From positions 6,698,001 to 6,762,000 of the forward strand of contig CM075990.1 of NCBI GenBank assembly GCA_038087875.1: a DNA stretch of 64,000 nucleotides. Direction: 5' to 3'. Shown piece after piece: positions 12,305-24,055 of the stretch (its first letter is position 1; the number at the start of each line of letters is the position of its first letter). The notes beneath the pieces are model-generated. The model had not been told where the DNA came from. It did no database searches and saw only the letters and a list, made by a program, of their open reading frames with translations. The position numbers and the translations under genes are program-made. The DNA is from Malacoraja senta. Taxonomy: Eukaryota.

Positions 12305-12640
12305 AACACAGAACATAGAAAAGTCCGGCACAGGATCAGGCCCTTTGGCCCACAATATTTGGGGTGAATATGATGCCAAGTTAAACTAATCTCATCTGCC
12401 TGTACATGATCCACACCCCACTATTCCCCACACTTCCATGTGCCTATGTAAAAACCGCTTTTATATCAGCCTCCAACACTCTCCCCAGCTATGCGTTCCA
12501 AGTCCCCACCATTCTCTGTGTAAAACGTTTACCCCAATGATGTCCCTTAAACTTTCCCCCTCTCACCTTATGGCTATGCCCTACAGTGTTGGACATTTCC
12601 ACCCTGGGACACAAATTCTGACTGTCTACCCTATTTTTAC
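12305..12640 (-). mobile_element. CR1 LINE 3' fragment
   Basis: aacatagaa tail, ggccctttggcccac, ccccaccattctctgtgtaaaa motifs. Confidence 0.7.
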
Positions 12641-12706
12641 CTTTCATCGTTGTATCTGTGCTGCCAGTAGGCTCTATATCTGCTTAACTAAGCAACTCAG
12701 TTGACC

Positions 12707-13180
12707 GCAAGAATCTGCAGCGAATTGTGGACGCAGCCCAGACCATCACACAAACCAACCTCCCTTCCATTGACTGCATTTATACCTCAAGCTGCCTTGG
12801 CAACTCCTAATCAAGGATGAGTCGCAGCCTGGCCACTCCCTATTTCTCCCCCCTCCCATTGGGCAAAAGGTATAGAAGTGTGAAAACGCCCACCTCCAGA
12901 TTCAGGGACAGTTTCTTCCCAGCTGTTATCAGGCAACTGAATCATCCTACCACAACCAGAGAGCAGTCCTGAACTACTATCTACGTCATTGGTGACCCTT
13001 GGACAATCTTTGCCCGGACTTTGCTGGGTTTACCTTGCACTAAACGTTATTCCCTTATCGTGAATCTGTACACTGTAAGCGGCTCGATTGTAATCATGTA
13101 TTGTCTTTCCGCTGACTGGATAGCAGGCAACAAAAGCTTTTCACTGTACCCCGGTACACTTGACAATAAACTAAACTGAA
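12707..13180 (+). mobile_element. Rex-Babar/Rex1-like LINE 3' end
   Basis: Decayed ORF LQRIVDAAQTITQTNLPSID..GKRYRSVKTPTSRFRDSFFPAVIRQLN, then UTR ending tgacaataaactaaactgaa. Confidence 0.8.
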
Positions 13181-14299
13181 CGGTGCTGATTCACTGAGAT
13201 ACAATTACCAGCAGAGCATCTGAGTTACTTGAAATTAGAGAAATCTTGAGATGATTTTAATGACTTGCTTCAGGTGCTCCACTGCAGATCCGATGGCAAA
13301 TTGCAGAACTCCAAACCTTAGGGCTTCAAGATGCACCTGTGGAAATAACACTGCCGAAGATAATCACCTGATTGTTTGTATCCTGGTATCTACTCCCTTT
13401 CTCCATTTTCGTTCATGGTCCCTGTAATGAAAGATGGTCCTTGGCACAAGGAACAGGAGGGTGTCAAGGGTTTAAGGAGAGAAATTGATGCACTAAAGGC
13501 CATTTCACAATAGTTTGAAGATTAGTTTTCGGTCTACAATGACTGATAGGAAAGGGATAGAGATGCCTTGTAGTTTTTTGTGACGGCGTATTGAGCATAT
13601 AAATAAGTCCACCCTTCAGAACGTTGCACAAAGGTGCCTGAAATTGGAGAAGTAGTCACAGAACAGAACTCAGTTGAAGTATCACAGCTGGCAACCATCA
13701 GAGCAGTTCTCCATTGATGGCGCAGAGAGGGTTGAAAGGAAAAGTATCACTTCTCCAGAAAAATTAACATTGCTAAATGAACCTTTGAAGGGACAAAGGT
13801 TGGCTGCAACCTATCGATATCCAAGACAACAATTAACCAGAGGAAGTCATTGTTCAGTGTAGTTAGTAGCTCTGTCTGTGTGATCAAAGCAGCGTAATCT
13901 TACTGCATTTTGGGAACATGAAGCAACGCTGACCTCTTGGGTTCATCGCTAATCAAATTCCAACACCTAATCAATCTAATTTAATTCATAGAGAATGCAA
14001 GTGGGTTCAGATTACTCCTTGCCTTCAATCCCAGTTACAGCTGGTCTCTGTGGTGAATATTAATCTTCCATGCAGGTGACATTGGTGTCAAATTCATTAT
14101 TAGTCTGTCGTATGTGTGACTTGTTCTGACAAAAGACTCGCCCGAGTTTCTGTGGAGAACAATGAGTGTTTGCAGAGCCAGGGTGGTGTGACACCTCCTG
14201 AGACACCTACTTACAGTTCACTGAACACCTATATTCACTGCTCGTGATTTCAAGCCCATCTTACTGCCGCTTCCAGACCAGGAAAATGACAATTTGCAG

Positions 14300-14525
14300 T
14301 AGGTTCATAAGGTCATAAGGTCATAATTGATAGGAGTAGAATTAGGCCATTCGGCCCATCAAGTCAAATCCATCATTCAATCATGGCTGATCTCCCTCTC
14401 CCTCCCAACCCCATTCTCCTGCCTTCTCCCCATAACTTCTGACACCTGTACTAATCAAGAATCTATCTATCACGGCCTTAAAATATCCACTGAGTTGGCC
14501 TCCACAGCCTTCTGTGGCAAAGAAT
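14300..14525 (-). mobile_element. CR1 3' end split by the DIRS element (continues 19333-19445)
   Basis: gccttctgtggcaaagAAT joins tccaccgattcaccacc, matching the uninterrupted CR1 at about 27287-27320. Confidence 0.9.
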
Positions 14526-14751
14526 AGTAAGATTAAACGAGAACTTACCAGTTTGAAGTTTGATCTTTATTTTATGAGGAGTTACGTTGGTGATTACGTG
14601 AAGAACCCCGTCAGGGCGCATGCGCGTCAATCTTCAAAGCAGCGGTATGAAATCACAGACAACACCATAATTGAAGTAACATATTAAGATGATCAACATG
14701 AGAACTACCATTATGACCTTTTTTCTATGAGAGAGGGTTGGGCGTGGCGGG

Positions 14752-14863
14752 CACGTAATCACCAACGTAACTCCTCATAAAATAAAGATCAAACTTCAAA
14801 CTGGTAAGTTCTCGTTTAATCTTACTATTTTACTTCGGAGTCACGTGAGTAACTACGTGAAGA
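14752..14863. repeat. DIRS internal complementary region (ICR)
   Basis: 14752-14829 is the exact reverse complement of 14523-14600 (78/78); 14827-14863 matches the reverse complement of 19299-19335 (35/37). Confidence 0.95.
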
Positions 14864-15072
14864 TTTTAAAGCTCTGTGATTTTTATGCCGCAGATCAAAA
14901 TCCCGGCTTCTCACTGCATCGATTGACTGAGTATCATCAATAATGCTGTAAACATGACATTGCATATCATGCAAAAACAAAACAGTTTTATTTTTGGTCA
15001 TAAAACAACCAATAAACCCTCTTAATGTAGGGCAACAAACGAAACAGAATGAAACAGTATTGAAAACAGACT

Positions 15073-16066
15073 TTAAACAATAGCAACAGCACTCAATATT
15101 GAGTTAGCAAACAGCCCTCCATCGGCAATCGGCCGATGGTAGTATTGCTGAAACACAAGTTCATTTTTCCAACCTGCGGCTTTTAATATATGGTCGATGG
15201 GAACGTCCATCGCCCTGGCCGCGGATGTTGCTACTGCGCTAGTGGAATGAGATGTAAACACATAAATGTTAATTCCTGCCTGAACCAACTCTTGCTTTAA
15301 CCACCTTGAGATAGTCTGAACTGCCACTCTTTTATGTTGGCTTTTTGTAACTGACAAATAATCCTGTTTCTTCTTGTCTTAAAGCCCTTGTGGCTTCAAT
15401 GTAATGTAACAAATGTGTCCTTACACATAAACATGGAGCTGTAGGATATGCTGAGAACACAATCTTAAAACCTGTCACACCTGGCCTGCTTTGTTTGAGC
15501 AGGTCAGAAATATAAAACAGAACATTCTCTGTATTCACTTCCATTCTCTCGAACTGAAGTTTTTTGGAAAGTCTGCACTCTCTGTACTGACACCAATGCC
15601 ATTAGCATAGCCAATTTCATGGTTAATTTTAACAAAGTTATAGCCGTGACAGGGACCCAATGACGAAGTATGTTACGAACAACGCTTACCTCGCAGATTA
15701 CCATATACCTAGGCTTAGGCGGTTTGGAATTAGATTCCTTTCATCAACCTAGATATGAGAGGGTGAGAACCTATACTTTGTGTCCGTGTACCTATTACAA
15801 GATATGCAGACAAAGCACTTCTAGCTGTATTGATAGCAGTATAGCTAAGACCTTCATCATAATAAAGTGTAGATAAACTCTAACACATTTTCAATAACTA
15901 CAGTATCATATTGAATATTCTTTTGAACACAATATTGTTCCTTTTTTTTTTTTTTTTCATAAGTCATATACTGTTTTTGAGTACTCTTTCTCCAGACTGC
16001 AGCGAGTATATACACCGTTGGCCTAGAAAGTCCTCGACCAATGTAAGGCATTCTTGAAACCTGCAA
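15073..16066 (-). pseudogene. DIRS tyrosine recombinase, frameshifted
   Basis: Fragments KLAMLMALVSVQRVQT, LKQSRPG, QTISRWLK..FTSHSTSAVATSA..ILKAAGW..FQQYYHR; the HSTR motif reads HSTS. Confidence 0.9.
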
Positions 16067-16089
16067 ACTAACAGATCCATACCGTCACA

Positions 16090-17700
16090 TAACGGATGAA
16101 CTTAATGCGTTACTGGATGCTCCAGCAAATTCCTACTGTTTGGAATCAGCAAAAAGAGGTTGGATCGCTATCTGTAACATCAAAGGGAACCATGGTTGAA
16201 TAGGCAATTTGGTATCACCAAAACCCCTGAAGCGGCATCCTGCTTGATTTTCTCAAACACCGACCTATGAGGCAGAATGGTGGGAAAATGTACACAAACA
16301 TATCATCCCAATTTAGTGAAAAGCATCAATTGCCACTGCCCCTGGATCTGGTGCCTATGAAACATATTTTGGCCTTCCATATAGAAGTACTATGTTCTTG
16401 AACACATCCTGGTTCCACATCCACTCTGTGTTATGATGGAATTTTCGTGAGCTGCCATCTGGTACTACATTAAGTTTCCCTGGCAGATAGATAGCTCCAA
16501 TCCAAATCTCTCTATCCCTACTCCAGGTCCAATTGTATTTGCCAACCTGTCACATGATAACGATTTGATTCCACCCATGTGATTCATATCAGCAACTGCT
16601 GTAGTGTTGTCTATTTTGCACTGCACATGCAAACTAGTTTAGTTAGTGTCATAAGCCTTGAGTCCATAAAATACTCTTGGTTAATTCCCCATGTATGCAG
16701 AAGCAATGTTCATCTGTCTCCACCGCTGGATCTTGTATCAGTAGCACCCTACCCAAGTGCTCTGACATCTGTCTGCAAATCATGGAAGCTTGGTCCAATA
16801 ACACTTTGGAACTACTAGTGGACACATGCTGAATCCACCATTGTACATCAGAAACAGCCTCTATTGATAGAAGCATAGGTCTATTATAATGACCCCAATG
16901 TATCCTCAATGCTTGTTCCTTTGACCTTTGTAATTCTAGATAATAAAGTGGCCATATTGAACTGCTGGAAATGCTGCCAGCCATTACCACAGCAGTCTTG
17001 TCACCTGGCTAATTGAAGGCTGTGTGTTAGCAATTAACTTGATATAGCTCTTAATTAGCTCTACCCTTTTTTGCCTGGGCAAGGTCACAATGATGTTGAT
17101 TAAGTCCATTGTGAACCCAACTAGTCAATTTGTGTCACAGGTATAAATTTAGATTTCTCAGAATAGCTTATAAAGCCCAATTAAAAATTGTTTTTTACCA
17201 ACTGCCACTGATGCTTCAGCTGTTTCCTTTGATTGTCCTACAATCAAGATATTATCTAGCTAAGCCATGAGCACATGACCTTGACTTCTCATCATGCCTA
17301 GAATAGGTTTTAACAGCTTTGTAATCCCTCTAGGAGCTGAAGACAAACCATTAGGCAGTGGATTGTAGTGGCATAATTCCCATCCAGCTGAATTTTAAAT
17401 CTTCTATCCTGCAAATGAACAGACACTGAATCCGCATCTTTAAGATCTCCTTCACAAACGTTTCCATCTTAAAATGTCTATACCGTACAAAAGGGTTAAG
17501 CCTATTCAGGTCTGTATAATTCTGCATCCCCCCCATCCTTTTTTGGTCTGGGAAAGATATTGGACACAACCTGATGGCTTTGGTAAACTGCCTTAGCAAT
17601 TACACCTTTATTACATAAGCTTGCAAGTTCCAGCTGAACTTCCAATTGTTCAGTGATACTGAAGTCAAACTCCTTTTATGGAACATGTTGCATGGGTAAA
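16090..17700 (-). pseudogene. DIRS reverse transcriptase / RNase H / adenine-methyltransferase-like ORF, decayed
   Basis: Hand translation: RHFKMET; NGLSSAPRGITKLLKP..MA*LDN (YLDD position); NTTAVADMNHMGG..YLPGKLNVVPD (RNase H); AIDAFSLNW..YIFPPF..VIPN..QPWFP (MT-like). Confidence 0.9.
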
Positions 17701-17865
17701 TCAGAATTTGCATTTAAGCTTTATTCGATGCCCTTGAATAACCTTCAGTATAAACATATCTGAGGTAAACATTTAATTGTATCACATTAGATCTGTCTAC
17801 ATGAGAACCAGACCCTCTTACCTCCTTACCACCTGGCATTCTTCCCCGGCCTTGAGCTGGATATC

Positions 17866-18686
17866 TCACCTCCGTGGCGGTGCTACAGCTGAACGCCAAC
17901 TGCGCTGCATCGTAGCTGGACTCGTCCCTTGCCTGGACCAGTCTGCTCCCTTATAGGGATACTTCCGCTTTGGTGAATATGTGGCTGCCGTCTTAGCCTC
18001 CTCCTCCAGCTCCTTCACCTGCTGTGCGAAATCCTCGCCAAACAGCTGTGCCAGTTGCACTGTGCCAGGCTGGCAGAGTGAAGCATATTTAGCATTGATG
18101 GTTGGTCTAATCGCATCTTGCGGAGGCAATTGATCTCAAAGTGGGCACTCCACAATAGCGCCTTTTGTTGTAATTTGTCATGCCCTCTCCATCCACCATC
18201 CTGGCAAAGCTCGTTATACCAGATGCCAGCAACTTTAAAAATATGCTGGAGCTTCACATGCTCCTGGGCTTTCCTTAGTATGCCCATCTTGCCCCAATTC
18301 TTCCTGTTCCCAACAGGAACTTTTAACAGTCCACAGTTGATTGGGGCTTCATACTTCGTTACTGTCTCATCCATTGTCAGCTCCTGTAGCTGATGTGAGA
18401 CTTGGTAATTTATGCTGGTGGCAAGTTCCTCACCCAGAGGCTCACCAGCATCCGACGACATGGCAAACCGTGCTGCACACGGTGTCAGCTCTGACAGCTG
18501 CCTGCCCTCCCTTTGGAAGTCGTCGGATTCAGGGTCAGTATCTGCCCTTCTGCACTCACCTCTTGCAAAGAGGGTGCTTTCAAGCAGGCCTCTACTAGGC
18601 ACTGCCAGCGGAGCCGTCCCCACGGCCTCCCGCCTGCACAACTCCTCCTGGAGTATGGCTTTATGAAGCAGGCCTCTACTAGGCAC
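17866..18686 (-). pseudogene. DIRS ORF1 (gag-like), frameshifted
   Basis: Position 5' of RT inside the element; YEAPINCGLLKVP and IRPTINAKYASLC..LFGEDFAQQVKEL motifs. Confidence 0.7.
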
Positions 18687-18822
18687 TGCCAGCAGAGCCT
18701 TCCCTAAGGCTTCCCGCCTGCACTACTCCTCCTGGAGTTGTGGCTTTATGAGGCAGACCTCTCCTAGGCACTGCCAGCGGAGCCTTCCCTATGGCTTCCC
18801 ACCTGCACTACTCCTCCTGGAG
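18582..18822. repeat. 3 x 84/85-bp tandem repeat in the DIRS ORF1 5' region
   Basis: Units start at 18582, 18666 and 18751 (aagcaggcctctactaggcactgccagc...). Confidence 0.9.
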
Positions 18823-19734
18823 CGTCTCTGTGGAGCAGCCCCTGTATGAGCTGCTCCTTTTGGATAACCACTGGGGAACGGTATCCTGTCCCCGACGGGA
18901 CTCTCGTGGCCCGACTCTGCGGAGTCTATAGCCCTGACAGACTAAACTTATGCCGACCGCCCGACTGGCGTTGGCTGTGTACCCGGCTGGGCACTTTGCC
19001 AAGTCTGTCGCCGCACCGCTACCGGCTTGCGACTCCCGAGGTGACAGGCTGCCTTTCAGAGACTGCGTCCCGCAGCTCTCTCCCTCTCCTTGTCGGCAGC
19101 AGCCTGCACCTTTTCCTTGTTCCTGTATGTGGGGGAAACACACACAGAAACAATTTCTTTACTTTTTTCTAACTCCTCCAAAGTCTCCCCGACTTTGGTG
19201 GAGCTGTATTTACTCACGTTGCAGCAGGAGCTCCGAGCTCCCGCTGCCGTTGTCGCCAATGCGTCAGACGTAATGACGCGCATGCGCCCTGACGGGGTTC
19301 TTCACGTAGTCACTCATGTGACTCCGAAGTAAAATTCCACCGATTCACCACCTTCTGACTAAAGAAATGTCTCCTCATCTCCTTCCTAAAAGAACGTCCT
19401 TTAATTCTGTGGCTGTGACCTCTAGTCCGAGACTCTCCCACTCCGATAAGAGTCTCAGGCGCTGTAAGGCAGCAACTCTACCCCTGCGCCAGCATTGAGG
19501 ATCTCATTACATTCACTTGCTTCCTGGGTAGCCATATTATGTGCGCATCTGACACTAGATTTGAGAAATAGAAACTCTATTCTGTTTCATCTTCAAGAGG
19601 CTAGCAAATAGACAGAGGATATTATTATTCAAGGTTGTCCTCAATAATCTCATCAGGATCGGAAGTGTTTATTTGTCAAATGCACAATTTTAAGGGCCTG
19701 TCCCACTGGCTATTTTTAGGCGACTGTCATAGTC

Positions 19735-20000
19735 CCTCTCTCTCCATCCCTCCCCCACCCAAGTCGCACCAGCTACTCGTTCTCACTCAGCAAACAGCTA
19801 ACAATGGCCTGTTTCCTTTATCATCGTTACTTTTTTGCATAACTTTCATATCTCGTTTCCCTTTTTCTCGACTTTCAGTCTGACGAAGGGTCTCGACCCG
19901 AAATGTCACCCATTCCTACTCTCCAGAGATGCTGCCTGAGTTACTCCAGCATTTTGTGTCTATGTTCGGTTTAAACCAGCATCTGCAGTTCCTTCCTGTA
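19735..20000 (+). mobile_element. Penelope-like terminal region
   Basis: Resembles the 30440-30750 arm; contains the hammerhead-like core. Confidence 0.7.
19880..19907 (+). ncRNA. Minimal hammerhead-ribozyme-like core
   Basis: CTGACGA-A-GGGTC-TC-GACCC-GAAATGTC; family consensus ends GAAACGTC. Confidence 0.55.
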
Positions 20001-20099
20001 CACTCAATTTTTGAAGCTGACAGCTTACATTTTAGACCCTGAGAGAGAGCAGGGATCTCCCTCTCTGTATTCGCTGGGCATTTGTAGACTGAACAATGT

Positions 20100-20327
20100 A
20101 CAACATACACTGTTACACATTGTTACATATTGTTACACATTGTTACAAATTGTGGCACATTGTTGCACATTGTTGCAGTGTTGCACATTGTTGCAGTGTT
20201 GCACATTGTTGCACATTGTTGCACATTGTTACACATTGTTGCACATTGTTGCACATTGTAGTACATTGTTACACATTGATACTCATTGTCGAATATTGTT
20301 GCACATTGTTACGCATTGTTGCACATT
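20100..20327. repeat. 10-bp minisatellite (ttgttgcaca)n
   Basis: Directly visible; abuts a Penelope-like repeat at about 20328-20415. Confidence 0.95.
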
Positions 20328-20484
20328 CGGGTCTCGTCCCGAAACGCCACCAATTCCTTCTCTCCAGAGATGCTGCCTCACCCGCTGAGTTACTCCAGCA
20401 TTTTGTGTCTACCTACCAGTTGTAGACTGAATCTGCGCAGGTGGGATTCCGCTGTGTGTAGCTCACTCCTGGTGTGAAGGCTAG

Positions 20485-20735
20485 GCAGTCGTGGGTACTG
20501 CCCGAGTCGACTGCCTGCCCCTCTTCTGGGCCTACGTCCGTGCCCGTGTGTCCCTGGAGAGGGATCACGCGGTGTCCACGGGGACTCTGGAGGCCTTTCG
20601 TGAAGGGGGGGGGGTAAGATAAAGTTGACAATATTTTAATCTGATAACTGTTTGATTGTAAACTGCCAGTGGCAGTCTTGGTTTTGTTACCACTCTGTAT
20701 TTGTGTATAATTGAATAAAAACATTTTTTTTGAAA
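20485..20735 (+). mobile_element. 5'-truncated Tx1/L1-clade LINE 3' end
   Basis: Perfect 14-bp TSD ggtgtgaaggctag (20471-20484, 20736-20749); translation DCLPLFWAYVRARVSLERDHAVSTGTLEAFRE; aataaa near the end. Confidence 0.8.
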
Positions 20736-21427
20736 GGTGTGAAGGCTAGCGTTTTCACACAGCCAGAAACCTAAGTTCAGCATTGCTGGTGGGGACCAGC
20801 ATGGATGGGACTGGTTTTGCTTGATGCAGGTGTTCTCCAGCACATGTGAGGCAGCATTGTTCTGAAGGAAGACAATGGATACTCTATCTCATTCACTATT
20901 CATGCTGTAAGAGCAGATGTGAGTGAAAAAAATCATGTAATGTCTGCCAAACGTAATGAGCATTAGTGAATAATGAGAAATGAGAAACCAAGTCCACTTA
21001 TGAAGGCTTTGTTCAGATAATTAATGATGAATTCATGCAACACTCCGAAGCTGAACAATGGGTCTGAAAAGTGAGTATTTCACCTCAGGGCTCGCTGTGG
21101 AAATTTCAAAGGTAATAAAAGCACAACTCTCTTGGTAAATGGTGAATGGTACATTGGAGTCTGTGCCCCAAAGCATGGGTGATGCGGACAAGGCTGGTAT
21201 AATGTGGTGTTACAGAGAGAGGAGGCGGAAGAGGGGAGCAACACAATGCCTTCCATGGCCGTAAGTCCCAGCAGGTAATGGCAGGTGCTGCCGCCTTTAT
21301 GGCCCAGTTAAGACAACAGGCCTTTATGACCAAGTTAAGACTCTAACATATTTAACAACTTTGAACTTGAAGGGTACAAGATGACCCAGGAAAACGTGGC
21401 GACTTGTGTCCTACCTCAGTGTCATCT

Positions 21428-21602
21428 CCTTCTTCTTGTCGAGTCCACACACAAGATTAGACGTTGTTCAGCCAGAGCTGAACGCACTTCACTGCATCTG
21501 CATACAATAGTGTCTGCTTTGCCCTTCTTGTGTTTCTTGTGCGTGGTGGTGGAAAGATTGGTGGAAACAGGGCCGCGACGTGAACGCTCTTTCCTTGACC
21601 CC
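21428..21602 (-). mobile_element. Short ribozyme-headed retroposon, family B (possibly Vingi/Ingi-type non-autonomous)
   Basis: TSD agtgtcatct/agcgtcatct (21418-21427, 21603-21612); (gaa)n tail; HDV-like head. Confidence 0.85.
21551..21602 (-). ncRNA. HDV/CPEB3-like ribozyme fold (52 nt)
   Basis: GGGGUC-AA-GGAAAGA-GCG-UUCACGU-CGC-GGCCCU-GUUUCCA-CCAA-UCUUUCC: P1 6 bp with G1-U, P2 7 bp, P3 3 bp. Confidence 0.85.
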
Positions 21603-22084
21603 AGCGTCATCTACTATCCTTACACTCTCTGCACTCTTGTAATTAAGCGTGATTGTGCTGATGTATAGTATGATTTTTATTGAACAGTATGCAAAAATAA
21701 AATAATTTCACTGTACAAACCCTTTGGCTCATTGATTCCATGTCGATCATGAAACCTCCACTGACACCAATTCTACACTCATCTCACATTCCTATCAACT
21801 CGATCACTCGCGTACTCACTGTGGAAAACTTACAGAAGCCAATTAACCTACAAACCAGAATATCCTTGGGATGTGAGAGAAATCTGGAGTGCCTGGTGGA
21901 AACCCGTGAATTCGCAGGGATAACGTGCAAACTCCAAAGAGGCAGCATCTGGGTCAGGGTTGAAGGCATGTTGCTAGATCTTAGTTGCCCATTCAAACAA
22001 TTCAATCAAATGAATGTGAAGGGATTTCTCATGCACATATAATGTCAGGTAGGAGGACCGCAGTCAAATATTAAGTATTAAGAA

Positions 22085-22465
22085 CAGTTTAAGAATAAGG
22101 AGTAAGCCATATAGAACGGAGATGAGGAAACACTTTTTCTCACAGAGAGTGGTGAGTCTGTGGAATTCTCTGCCTCAGAGGGCGATGGAGGCAGGTTCTC
22201 TGGATGCTTTCAAGAGAGAGCTAGATAGGGCTCTTAAAGATAGCGGAGTCAGGGAATGTGGGGAGAAGGCAGGAACGGGGTACTGATTGGTACTCCTGCA
22301 CCTATTGTTTATTGTCTATTGTCTATTGTCTATTCAAGAGAGAGTTAGATAGGGTTCTTAGGGCTAATGGAATCAAGGGATAGGGGAGCAAGCAGGATGG
22401 CGTTGCTGGCTCGAAGGCCAAATGGCCTGCTCCTGCACCTATTTTCTATGTTGCTATGATTCTAT
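22085..22465 (+). mobile_element. Two tandem CR1 3' fragments
   Basis: agaacggagatgaggaaacactttttctcacagagagtggtgagtctgtggaattctc; ctcctgcacctatt with microsatellite tails. Confidence 0.85.
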
Positions 22466-22569
22466 ACCGAGTTGAGCAATTATCAGAAGATTTTGAAACT
22501 ACGGAGGAGATCTCTTCCTCAGGAGCACTTGCTGGGTTCTTGTAGCAGAACAAAATATATCCCTTCCAC

Positions 22570-22930
22570 TGAAGATAGACACAATAAGCTGGATGAACTC
22601 ATCAGGACAGGCAGCATCTATGGAGACCCTTCTTCAGACTTCTCAACCCGAAACGTCATCCATTCCTTCTCTCCAGAGATGGTGCCTGTCCCGCTGAGTT
22701 ACCCCAGCTTTTTGATTCTATCTTCAGTTTAAACCATGATCTGCAGTTCCTTCCTACACATATCCCTTCCACCGGTGATTCTCCACCCATTCACCTTTAT
22801 GTCTGGGGACCGTGTGAGTCAACATATGTGCGTCTCAGATAGACACAAAACGCTGGAGTAACACAGCGGGCCAGGCAGCATCTCTGGAGAGAAGGAATGG
22901 GTGACGTTTTGGGTTGAGACCTTTCTTAAG
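22570..22930. mobile_element. Penelope-like terminal repeats (inverted pair plus an extra arm)
   Basis: Family sequence in both orientations. Confidence 0.65.
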
Positions 22931-23402
22931 AATGAGGGATTCTAGGGATGATTCCCACAGGTTTGATGATCCCGTCCGAGATCCTCCTTCCTTGATTTTG
23001 TTGGCAATGTTGCATCTTCAAAATCAATCAGTTAACACCGTTACTAAAGAACAAGATGGATGCTACAAATACGTGCATTAACATGGCTCCCTGCTGTAAG
23101 GTCAGGAATTTCATGTTCATTTTCTTAGGCCGGGGAGCAGCCTGGCAAAGGGATTGTCCACCTGCCATAGTCGACCAGAACACAGATCCAGAATACGGGA
23201 ATAGGAAAGGGTCAATCAATGAGATCACAGCTGATCAGAATCAACTCCAATGTTCTGCCATATCTCCATAAGCCTCCATGACCTTGCTAACAAAAACCCA
23301 GTTAGGAAGGTTTTACTCACATATCTCTGCTCAACAATGTTTTGATAGGGTGTGTGTTTTGATTTTCAAAGTCCTTCTGTGCGAAGTATTGTGTGAAGGG
23401 CG

Positions 23403-23726
23403 GTCACGGTGGCGCAGCGGTAGAGTTGCTGCCTTACAGCGTTTGCAGCACCAGAGACCCGGGTTCGATCCCGACTACGGGTGCTGTCTGTACGGAGTCT
23501 GTACGTTCTCCCCGTAACCGCATGGGTTTTCCCCGAGATCTTCAGTTTCCTCCCACACTCCAAAGACGTACTGGTTTGTAGGTTAATTGGTTTGGTATCA
23601 ATCTAAAAATAGTCCCTAGTGTGCGTAGGATAGTGTTAATATGCAGGGATCGCTGGTCGGTGTGGACCAGGTGGGCTAAAGGGCATGTTTCCTCGCTGTA
23701 TCTCTAAACTAAAAACTACAACTAAA
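23403..23726 (+). mobile_element. HE1/V-SINE-like SINE
   Basis: Full head, body and tail. Confidence 0.9.
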
Positions 23727-24055
23727 GTAGCATCTCTTGGCTTCACCTTGACACCACCTTACCTCCAATTCTAAGGTTATGATCTTGTTCTGGGCCACCG
23801 TATCGCAGGAAACAATTTATTTCTAAATATGCAATCAAATCCTTTAATCACCTTAAGCTCCGCAATTAGATCACCCTTTTAATCTTCTATACTCGAGGGA
23901 ATTCAAATCTACTTCAGGCAAAATGCTTTCATTATCTAACCCCTTCAGACTGCAGTGTTAAAGAAGGAACTGCAGATGCTGGAAAATCGAAGGTACACAA
24001 AAATGCTGGAGAAACTCAGCGGGTGCAGCAGCATCTATGGAGCGAAGGAAATAGG

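Larger units (their letters stand above)
14523..19335 (-). mobile_element. DIRS1-type tyrosine-recombinase retrotransposon; complete termini, decayed ORFs
   Basis: 35-bp perfect ITR core (14595-14629 / 19274-19308), terminal extensions, ICR 14752-14863, gag-RT-RNaseH-MT-YR remnants, AAT at both junctions. Confidence 0.95.

Noticed and set aside
23403..23480. tRNA genes at SINE heads
   Set aside because: A/B boxes are present, but there is no complete cloverleaf and all run on into SINE body and tail.
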